In this document: in pieces, positions 1-10,319 of the stretch | How the letters are laid out: every line of letters starts with the position of its first letter | Position numbering within the stretch: the stretch's first letter is position 1 | Assembly (NCBI GenBank): GCA_002269645.1 | Contig: NIVC01000793.1 | Coordinates: 248,001-312,000, forward strand | Direction of reading: 5' to 3' | DNA: 64,000 nt | Origin: Macrostomum lignano | Taxonomy: Eukaryota | Position numbers and translations under genes: made by a program | The notes under the pieces: model-generated | The model's input: only the letters and a program-made list of their open reading frames with translations | What the model was told of the DNA's origin: nothing | Database searches by the model: none

Positions 1-174
1 TAGGTTTGCGTTTGTTGAGTGCGTTAAGCGGTGAAGTTTGGTGCGTGTGTAGAGTTGCGCCAGTGTCATTTTGTCTTTTGCATGCATTATTCGCTGTACA
101 CGCCAGAGTGTATCTAAGCTTACTGTTACTGCTATTCTCGGCAAACTATTTCAGCACCAAGCTGTGAAACTCAC

Positions 175-678
175 CCGACATCTGTCTATGGCAATGGCTG
201 TCACGGCGAAAGTGGACGCAAACAGGTTCAGTCCAGTCAGTGCGTTGACGAATTTGCACAGAGCGAGTCCGTAGGTCCAACTCGTGGTGGAGAAGAACAG
301 CCGGCGGATGTTGCACGGCTGAGTGAGAACGCAGAGCACGAAGTCGGACATGGCCAGGTTGGCCACCAGAAGGTTGTTCACTCCTTTGCGCATGCTACTG
401 CTGCGAAGTACTACGGCCACTAGCAGGCCATTGCCAACCGCGCCAAAGGCAATGAGGCCCACGAAGGCAAACAGAATCGGTCGAATTTTCAACAGTTCGC
501 GCTGCCCATAGCGTTCGACTTCGTTGATTTCGCGGTGTAGTTTTTGCAGAGCAGCCGTGTTGTTGTGGCACTCGAAGTAAGCAATTAAGTGCCTGATGTC
601 GAACAAGTTGGTGAATTGCATGTGCTGGATGCAAGAGGTATTGTCCTCCTGCAGTCTGTCTAGGTTCAGTAAATCCAT
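175..678 (-). CDS. Class A (rhodopsin-like) neuropeptide GPCR, NPY/NPF-receptor-like; first coding exon (N-term to end of TM3); rest lies outside the window
   Basis: ORF 151..687: TM1 GAVGNGLLVAVV, TM2 NLLVANLAMSDFVLC, ECL1/TM3 WTYGLALCKFV...TAIAIDRCR. ATG at 678; GTGAGT donor right after 175. Confidence 0.85.
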
Positions 679-2022
679 GCTCTGCAAAATCTCAGGAATA
701 TCTCAGGAAATTGAAGATCTGTGGGCAAATATTTATATTTATTGATATACTGTACGGGAAGGCCTCTTGCCAGATATTTGATAGGCGAAAAGGAAGTTAC
801 CTCGTAGCTTAATTCTCAACCTAGTCTCTCTCAGATTCGCATTGACCGTAATAACTCTCGATTTGGTGAGAAAATGCAGTCCAAGTGGCGGATGCAATGC
901 ACTCTTACCCGCGTGAATTATCTTAGGTTGCGGAGTAGCAACAGGTAGATGTGATGCGGGAAGCTGGGCAGAACCTATAGGTGTTAATTATTTGGGCTTG
1001 CTGAGTAATCAAGGCTGGAATGACAGCTTATGGAAGGCGAGACTTCCAAGTAGATATGAGAAAACGAGCCATGCGTAGCATTGGATGAGGCCACAAAGAT
1101 CTATCGGCCTTTGCCACTGGAATGCGATTGGCTCAGAAACCCAAACCTGAGTTCTGTCTGGCAATGGAGGGTTCATCGGAAGTCAGAGTTTAAGGCAATG
1201 GCGAAGGATTCACCGTCTCAACATATGGGTAAACTGTAAGCGCTTGTAGTTGAAGAAGTCTCTTAACGACTATGGTGGAACATCGCTTTGTATATCTTTA
1301 CGAGTAATAGTTGTTATTCTTTGCTGACCTTGACCTGTGACAGCCTCCGGTGATAAGACCTTCCCTTGTGACAGCCGCGGTGATTTTCAGTAGCGAAAGC
1401 ACTTAGTAAATAAAGACTTCTAAATGATTGATCCATTACCCTGCATCCGAGCTCAAGCAAGCATTACGCTCTTGCAGCAGACTGCATCCGGACTGTTTTC
1501 GACCGTTGTTAAATACTTTTATTTCTCGGTTTCTCTCTCTCTCTCTCCTTAATATTATTTCTCATGCAATTGGCTTGATTTGCTTCAGTCTTTTACTTAT
1601 ATGGCTTACAAAACGGACATCAAAAGTTGAAGGCTAAAGATAGTAGCGCGCGAGCTTCTGGCCGAGAAACTAAACTGAGAGGCAAGCATGCCCATAATCA
1701 GGCATCATAATTTGCCATGCATGGCCATGTTATAGCTTTGTCAAACATAAAGACGTCTTAATTACGAGAGTAATCCATATACTAAAAATGAGTCCATATG
1801 TTTGCATGTGATCGATTTCAGAAAATAACGTCTAAGGATTTAAGGAGCTCCACCCTTATGCAATGCCGGCTTAGGTGAAAAATCAATGTTTAGCGCTGGG
1901 TTTCCCACTGTTTATTCCCCTACCCTGCTGGTTGGGATTCTATTCCACTTAGTACACTTTAGCAGAGCTGAGAATGAGCGATTCGGTCAAGGTCTCGGGT
2001 GTGGGGGGGGGGCTGTCTTTGA

Positions 2023-2710
2023 GTGAGAAAGTCCTGGTACGTATTGGATTCAGGTTATCACGTCTTCCGCGATAGCTGGTTCAGATCTTATTATCGTCTT
2101 GCGATATATCTGCTGCAGCGGAGCACCCTGCTGACATGCACAGTTCGCGCCGATCGCGGTGTCCCAGATGGCCTTCGTGGTATCCAGGGAAACCAAACTT
2201 CACCCTGTTCACTGAATTGTGCCAAACGAACTGGTCATCCAGCAGAAGCAACAAACAGTTGTGTCGTACGCTCGTACAACAGATTTATAGGTGGTGATAA
2301 CAGGCTGGATTCTGCCTGGCAGCCATGCAACCCATGCCGGCGAACTCAGAAGTGGCCCACAAAGCTCGGCACGCATATTTTTCTTGTGCTGGCCAGAAAC
2401 GACTGGACTGTGTACTCATCGTGCGGAGGTGCGCTCGAGTTTCTGAAGTTTTTAGAAACCATCATCAAGCACTTCGTCGACTCCTCGGGACCAGGTCGTA
2501 TAAGAGCTGCTCGGGCACAGCAGCAGCCAGCAGCGGCTCACCAACAGCACTCGCTGAAGCGCACTGAAGTCACGACCAACGAAGCGGTGCAGGCTTTGCT
2601 ACAGAAACGGCCAGGCCAAGAAAATCCTCTTCTGATGTAGCTCATTTGAAGGCAACCCTGGACTGTGCGCAACCCCCTGTTTTGCCGACTGGCATGCTGC
2701 ACAGGCGTGA
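2023..2710 (+). mobile_element. Degenerate piggyBac transposase fragment (C-terminal DDE region plus Cys-rich tail)
   Basis: YHVFRDSWFRSY..TCTVRADRG and YNRFIGGDNRLD..RRTQKW resemble piggyBac YNxxMGGVDxxD..RRTxKW. A shifted frame gives RCRLCYRNGQAKKILF*CSSFEGNPGLCATPCFADWH (cysteine-rich domain with a stop). No TTAA/CCC termini found. Confidence 0.8.
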
Positions 2711-3610
2711 TTTTAAATCAGTTTTTAGTTTTCAAAGCCGAAGTCAGCTCATATTTAATTGACTTGAACAATGTAACTAATTATAAAGGCTTTTTCGGCA
2801 GCAATATAAAGTACATATATACTTCTATCATAGACGAAGGTGCGGACAGTTTCCAGGAAGCACTTGTTTGAGCACTACAGGTTCGTGACGACTAGCAAAG
2901 TCGCAGAGCCGTATACATTGTCTGTAAAAGAGAAATACAGGGTTCTGTGCTTCAAAGCTAGGACAAGGGATCAAATGTAAAGTAATCTCCTGATTCAGTT
3001 GACATTTGAGGCCGCAGTGCGTGCCATGAAGCAAGAGACTAGACAGCTGCACTAGTTAAAAGTGAATTGGACACTGTTGGGAGTACATTTTACTGTAGTA
3101 GAAGTGATCGAGCTTGAGTTTAAGCACCGATTGACCCTTTATCTGAATCAAAACAAACTCGCTTCCATGATTTTTTTAACTACTTATAGACTATTCTCAA
3201 TGCTAATTTCATATTACCTGGATTATAGAGTTATAGCAGCAGTAATATATTTCATTAATTTTATTCTGCTAGACTTTAAAAATCCCTATTCTGTTAATAC
3301 ATTACGATGTATTTCATCTTCAACTTAAATGCGTATAGAACGCATCGAAAGACTTCAATCTTGATAGAGATTTGCACAGCAATTACATTCCTGCCCCCTC
3401 CTTAGAAAGCTGCTGAAAACTCGCAGACTCCCAGGCGCTAGTCCTCAGTTACCCTCCCGTCTGCATCACTACAAGTGTCCTTTTAAAATGTGTGAAAACA
3501 ATAATTACTCAAGTACTAAGGGACTATGAAAAAGCGTGTTTTTGCTTTGCTTGACAAACATTCAATTCAGAAGAACTGATGATATTAATATTTTGACAGT
3601 AAAATAGCTG

Positions 3611-3997
3611 TTGCGTCCACGCGTGGGTCGACGTAAACCGGAGAGGCGGTTCAGTGTGTTTGGCTACGCCGATGATCTCGCCCTGCTGCCCTCAACTGTC
3701 AAGGACGCCCAGCAACAACTAGACAAGCTAGTTGCTGTTGCGGCGAGTGTCGGCCTGGTGGTCAACACGCAGAAGACAGTCGTGCTCTGCGTGCCGGACG
3801 ACATCGAGGCTGCGATTTTGTTCCGAGGCGCTGATGGACAGGCGACAGAGCTTTCGCGTTGTCAGCAATCCGTCTACCTTGGCGATCTGGTTCCCCGCGT
3901 CCGCGAGGATTTGCCGCGTCGCCGCGGGCTTGCCTGGGCTGCCTTCCGTTCTGTGAGGGCAGTCTTGCAGTCCGAGGCCTTACCTGACCGCCAGATG
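3611..3997 (+). mobile_element. RTE-like non-LTR retrotransposon RT fragment (copy 1)
   Basis: FGYADDLALL...QQQLDKLVAVAASVGLVVNTQKTVVL...YLG...RRRGLAWAAF (RT YADD motif and thumb); near-identical to fragments at 12.2-13.0 kb and 32.0-32.5 kb. Confidence 0.85.
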
Positions 3998-4734
3998 CTG
4001 TTACTTGTTGCTGTTTGTTTTGTTGTTGGTTGCAGAGTGCGCCTTCGAGGGGGGGGGCTCAGTGTATTATTTATTAATCTACTTGAATAATCATGAGCGA
4101 CACTGTTTAGTCTGTTTAAACACTGTTTAAACTTAATATCCAACTCTGAAGACACGATGTCTGCAGCCCTCCGATCAAAAGACTTTTCCATGAAATTCTC
4201 CAGCGTATTGAAACAAAAAATAAATAAAAATTGAGAGGACCGCAATTAGAAGGTTAGAAATAGCAATAGTGGATATTTATTAAAATTTTACGAAAACTAA
4301 GTTGAGAGTAGCCAAGAACAAACCATATTGTGGATGAAATTTTAGTGCCATAACAAAACTGAAAAAAGTATCATGTCGTTAGACTGAGTATGTAATAAAA
4401 ACTACGAATGGAATATTTTAAAACAAACGAACTCTTGCAGCATTTTCGACCGGAAGAGTCAATGATTTTTAGGGAAAATCTGCCTTAAAAAAGTATTCGA
4501 GTTCAGTTAGAACTAAGATAATACGAACGGTTAGATTTGTTAACATCTAGATAATGGCTAGTGAATTTCATACTTCCTAGAATTTCTAAGCCGCGTCTTT
4601 GATTACACGTAGTTGATAATGGCGGATCTTTTTGAATGTGAAATAGCAAACATTAATATAATTATAGTCTGTCAGAGTCCGAGAATCATAGCCCAGGTCA
4701 TTGTGGTTGCGAGGTGTGCAGCTCAGAACCGGCT

Positions 4735-7700
4735 TTAGTAAACCACCTGTTGGCGAACTTCGATGATTTCATCTTCCAGCACAGCCGTCGGGTCGGGCTC
4801 GACGTATATGGGGTACGCCTTCTGCACCCCCTTCAGCTCCTTCGAGATGAACGACACGATGAAGTTGCGCTCACCGCAACGGACTGGGGTCAGGGTGATG
4901 CTGCAGCTGGCTTTGTCACCCGGCTTCACCTGGCTACAATGTTATCAGTTTAGATGTGGTGGCAGCTAGCATTTCATTGAGGCTGTGGGCATCTCGAATT
5001 GATTTTATCTTGTGGAAAAGAAGAGCGTCGCGAAATTTGAGCTCTGCACAATCGCCAAGAGCCATACTCGTAAGAGCTCAAAAACGAATATGCTTCATTC
5101 CTCCATATTAACCCATAAATTCCAAACATTTATCAATCTTAAAGCTATAAAAGTACTCTTTTAGTGTCTTCTCGTCTCTAAAGCACCCCAAACAATTTTA
5201 ATTTAACGACTGCTCACCCAACGCTCTTATCCATGCTCTTTCCGCGCAGTCCCGGACCTTCGATGCTGAACCGGGCGTCGCTCAGGGTGAAGGGCACCGG
5301 ATTGACAAAGGTGCACTTGAAGTGGAAGGCCTTGTTCTGACAGACTTCACCCACAATCTAAAAAATGATTAGAATAGCGAATTAGTCAATTAGCTCTAAG
5401 CCTAGCATAGAAAAGAAAAAGCAGGTTACAACGGCAGATGCACCTCAATGTCAAGTTCCGGATTGAACAGGTGCACAATTGTCTGCTTCACCACTTTGTC
5501 ATTTCCATCGATTCCGACGGGGACAATTTCAATGCCAACTTCCTCGCAGCCGGCGGAGTTGGTATAGTCCGCTGACTGGATGGCCAGCTCAACAGGAGAT
5601 GCTGAAGGATATTGATAGATTTTCTAACTTACTTGATGCTACCGACTTTTGAATACTGAGGTACACGCAGACACAGGGATACTCACTGCTGCTGCCCTTG
5701 ACAGTGACTTCACCCTTTTCGAAGGCCAGCTGTCGGATGACCTTGCCGTTGTACTGCTTCAAGTTAGCCGCAATTCCAAACAGGATTTTCTTGTCGGTGC
5801 GAGCTCCGTTTGTCAGCTCCAGGGTCACCTTAATGTCGCCGCCAATCACCAGGTACTCTTCCGTGGCAATGTTGAGTTGCAGGTTGCGCCTGCGCTTATT
5901 GTCGTCGTTGCGCTCTACTTTGATTTGCACCTTCTTGGAATTCTTGGCCGCCCGGAAAGCTGCATCTTCCTCACGACTGCCCTCTGGGAATTTGTACTGG
6001 TCAGTGATGTCTAGACGGTCTTCCGAGCCCACCGCCTTAGTGCTGATGCTTCGGCCCACCTTGGTCGGATCGGAGTAGAGCTCCTTGTTAGTGCCATCGG
6101 CGTTCTTCTGCCAGTGCTTGATACACGCGTTCACTTCCGCATAGATGAACGGCGTGTCAAAATCGACGTCCAGTTTGCCTTGTTTGATGGCCTTGACTGG
6201 GCAGGGGCCGGTGCGGAAGATGCTGTCGCTGCGCTCCTGCGGTGTTGCGTCCACGGCCTGCCAGCCGTCGAAGTCGCCGCCGAGGTCCGGCCGCTTCATC
6301 CACAGATCGTTCCACACGTGGAAGTTCCTGGAGAGATAATTTTGTTGGTAAGCATATTTTGAGCTCTAAACCTGATCTAATTCAGTAGCTGGCATATACA
6401 TGTATTTTGTTATTTATTATAGTTATTATAGTTATTATAGTTGCTTGCGTAATACTCGTAGTTCAACGTAAAAAACATCATTAATTTTATTTAGACTTTC
6501 CAAGCTAGCACTCATTGGTGCACAAGCTAGCACTCATTGGTGCATTGCGGATTATCGACTTGTTGGTCCTGTTGTAGTTTGTTGTCATTTATTTTGTTAC
6601 TTAGTAACTGCCTAGTAACCTAGTAGCTGATACTTTACAGTATATTCATACACAAACCCACCAGATGCTGTCCGAGTTCAATTCAGCGATGGGGGCGAAG
6701 GTGTCGTTAAAGAAGCTGTCAACAATCAGGTTGCAGTTGGTGTCGTGAGCAGAGTCAAAGTTGGTCACACTTCGGGCCGGAATGCCGAGAGCTCGGGCAA
6801 CTAAGGACAGGAATAGAGATTTTACGGCTCAGAGGAATCTTCAGATCCCAGCATGTGTCAGTTCACAGTTTAGGTCATTTGAATGGCAGAAAATCCGACT
6901 TACGAGACGTCATAAGGCCGGAGAAGACCCAGCACTGTCCGAACTTTACCGGCGTTTTCGACTCGTAGTACTTGGCAATGATGGCCAGGCTGCCTCTCCA
7001 TTCGGTTGGCGCCACGCCTCCGGCATAGTCGCCGCTCCAGTTGCCCACAAGGACGCCGTTGTCGTCGTTGCTGTTGACCAGAGCGGAGAGCGAGCGCGCG
7101 ACGCTGACGGGGTCGCCCCAGCTGTCGAAGGGCAAGCCGGACTTGGCCAGCAGATAGTAGGCGCAGTCCAGCACGGGGTCGTCGAACTGCGATGAAAAAG
7201 GAATTCAGACTTCAGAGCGCATTGCTAGTTTGTGCCGTAGACTCTTGGTTCCAGGCTCTGTGCGCCGGTCTGTTACAATTTTCTATTCAACTACATATAT
7301 ATGATTTACCTGACCAAAATTCCACGACTTGCTTCCTATGCTGCGAGACGAGCCGAAGTACACCCTGCCGGTGCTCTCTAGAACGTACTCCCGACATTCA
7401 GCGCCGCTCTCCAAGTAGACGGCATCGTCTGAAAAAGATTATTCTCTTTGAGCATTAAAACATTTGAGCCTATTCTTGGTACCTTTATCGGATTCGCAAA
7501 TGGCGAAAGAATGACAGTTTGATTCTGGCGTACTTTCTTTCTCAACAATGAATAGTACATTTACACACTGAAGTAACCATCAACCTACCCGGACAAAACG
7601 GGTTGTAGACCACTGATATGGGAAACTTCATGTCGTAGTTGAAGGTGATCTCCAGGCTGCGAGTCGCGTACATCTGCGTGATCCAGTACTTGGCAGTGAT

Positions 7701-9359
7701 GCAGTTCTTGGCAGTGTAGAACACAACCGTCACCTTATTGCTTCCCGGATAGACAATGACCTGTCGTGCGGCAATCCGTGTAAATAATTTTCACAAGCGC
7801 AAAACGCTACATGTTATTGAGAAAGAGTTGAAAACTCTGTCCCTTACCGAGCGCATCTGGATCGGGCAGTGGTAGGACTCGTGGTCGCTGAACCGAGTGG
7901 GCTCCTGAAGAGCAGTGGTTATGAAAATATCAGAATTACTTTTGGGGCTTCAATTCGGTTGATGTCTGAGGTCAAATAATTGGAGAGGAAGTGCTTACGC
8001 TTGATAGGGTTAGCCGAAACATACTAAATGTTCAGAAAGTTCACAAGCCAGTCTCTCATTAGCTAGCTACAAGACTTATTTAAACCTCCTGGTAAAAATA
8101 TTTAAAAGGGTTAATATTTTAGTTAAAGCAAAACAAGTTTTATCCGACATGCGCTGTAGTTTTGGTAAACCATTGAAGTGGTCCCAGTTTAATTTCGTTC
8201 TTCCCTCTGTACGGAGAACAATCTGGATAACGTATTGATAAATTAGTCTCACCTCCTTCAGATGCCAGCTCTTCTGATAGGCTTCGAAGCCGTAGTCATC
8301 CACGCTGACGCGGAACGACAGCAAATCGTAGTCATCGAATACTTCGTCGAACTCCAGGTCAAGGTAAAAGTACTCGCCCCGGCGAACCACCATGCCGCGT
8401 CGGTTGGCCACCTGATCGTACTCGACCGTGTTGCTGCGCTTGCCGCTCTTCACATAACGTGGCACGAAGCGTTTCAAGCGCAGTTCTGAATAAATAAAGA
8501 GAGTAAACTATATGTAACACGAAAGCGCTGTAAAAGGGTAATGGTGTGCAGTTCTGGTCGCCTCTCAACAAATGGAGTTTCATAACTTATAGAGAGTTTT
8601 TTTTGTCAACAAGACACAATTGCGTATGATTTCTATTGATTAGTTAAACTTTTCTGCACCACTACTTTTCAAGGTATTGGCTTCGACTCGTAAAAAATTC
8701 GATTTCCAGCTATTTGATCAGGCTACTACACAAACTAGCAACTAGTACCTGAACGCTGCCCCCATTTGTTATTTGTAAGATGAAGAATTAGTGGAGGCTG
8801 AAGTTGTATCAAATTTGGGGCGAATTCCTGGGTAGCGAAGTGACAATTGCTGCAACATGCACAGCAGGGGTCGGCAAGCTGTTTTGCCTCAAGGGTTAGA
8901 TAAGGAATTTAGACCATTGCTGCGGCCCGAATGAGAGAGGAGTGAATAGAGAAGAGGAAATAAATGAGAAGTGAAAAGCTAGATGAGAGATGAGATAAGA
9001 GTAGATAAAAAGAGAGAAGACTAGAGAGATGAGAGCAGAAGAAAGGAGAGATGTGAGAAAGGAGGAGAGGAGAGATGAGAGAGCGGAAGAGAGGGAAGAG
9101 GAGAGAAAAGAGAGAAGAGAAAAGAGGAGAGAACTGACAAGGGAGCTGAGAAAAGACAAACCTTGAGCAGGCCGGATTGCTATTGTGAAGTTTCAAAGGA
9201 CCCAAGGGTCGGGATAGAGAGGCTTCGTAGGCCGGAGTTTGCCGACCCCTGATGTACAGTAAGTATATTTTAACAAATAAAACTCCCGCAAAACTCGCTC
9301 GGCTGGCAATCAAGTCCAATTGACTTACTGTCTCCATTGTTGAATCCGCTTTTCGTTAT

Positions 9360-9398
<39 letters not shown>

Positions 9399-9422
9399 AG
9401 AGGCACCCTTGGTGTTAGACAT
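4735..9422 (-). CDS. tgm: Transglutaminase, 744 aa; exons 9329-9422, 8253-8485, 7848-7904, 7589-7760, 7310-7428, 6904-7186, 6662-6800, 5687-6327, 5444-5601, 5218-5357, 4735-4933
   Basis: All introns GT-AG with matching phases; exons sum to 2235 nt. Catalytic Cys in GQCWVF (codon 6932-6934), His in NFHVWND, Asp in WQAVDATPQE; also VVRRGEYF, YNPFCP, WNFGQF and RALGIPARSVTNFDSAHD motifs. Confidence 0.93.
8865..9251. mobile_element. hAT-type MITE in transglutaminase intron 1, with AG-rich core
   Basis: TIR CAGGGGTCGGCAA...TTGCCGACCCCTG; 8-bp flanks ATGCACAG / ATGTACAG (TSD with 1 mismatch). Confidence 0.85.
9361..9398 (-). repeat. (CAG)12 coding repeat in transglutaminase exon 1
   Basis: tgc/ctg run on + strand; in frame it reads MSNTKGAS-Q13-ITKSGFNNGD. 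Confidence 0.9.
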
Positions 9423-10319
9423 GTCGCCTTTGCTAAGTAATGAATTCTAATGTAATGTCGAATTATCTAAAAAAAAAGCACCGAGTTTCTCGGAATCTTG
9501 CGCCAGCTTTTATCTGTTCGGCGCTTCTCGTGCTTATTTTTCTTTTCTGTTCTCCACCCAGTCGGAGAGAGTGGCAAGCATTTGTCTGCATTCTTCCATC
9601 TACTGTGTTGTTGGCTACTTTACACAACTTTTGTGCCTTTGTGCCGGCAAAGAAAACTGCATACGATTATAGAGACTGGGAGAGAGATGAAGCACTGTCG
9701 GAGACCTGCAGTTCTATTGTTCACTTGTCTATGCGGCAAATATTTTGGGCTCCTGAAACTCTGTACGAGGGGCATTCTATAAATTAAGAAGCTGCACTTG
9801 GGTTGCGCTTCGAAGCACGTGCCGTGTGTTTAAGCTGAGCTTTGGCTAAACAGGTTAGGGCGGAGTGTAATAGTTTTCAGATGGATACTCTCGTAGAAAG
9901 GCTCAGTTCATTCATTTCATTTTTTGTTTTCGACGTCTGGCTACAATGCAAACTCAACGGCTGCTGGGGGGGGCGCATTTTGCTGAGTTTGACTGTAATT
10001 TTGTTGTTGACTGCAAGCGAATACGGGCAATCTACCTCGTAGATCTGCATTTGCTAAGCTTTAAACATTTTTTGTTAAAATTCACAGCGTTCTAGACTGA
10101 ATTCTGAAGTGTAAAATTTAATTACGGTACTCAACGCTTTCGTCATGGTTAGAGTTGTCTTCCGACAAAAATCCTTTAAGTTAAAGAGGCTTTATTTCTA
10201 GCGTCAACAAAGAAGCCTTTCTTTTTCGTCACAGGAGTGTAAGAATCTAGGCGAAATAGGTAGTTAGTAGGCTTGTGCAATAATATTACGGAGTCACTTC
10301 TCCGAATAAAGAAAGGCTG

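Noticed and set aside
2870-2927. Possible extra terminal transglutaminase exon (DNVYGSATLLVVTNL*) after a good acceptor
   Set aside because: The gene already ends at 4735, and no phase-compatible donor was found; could be a UTR exon or chance.
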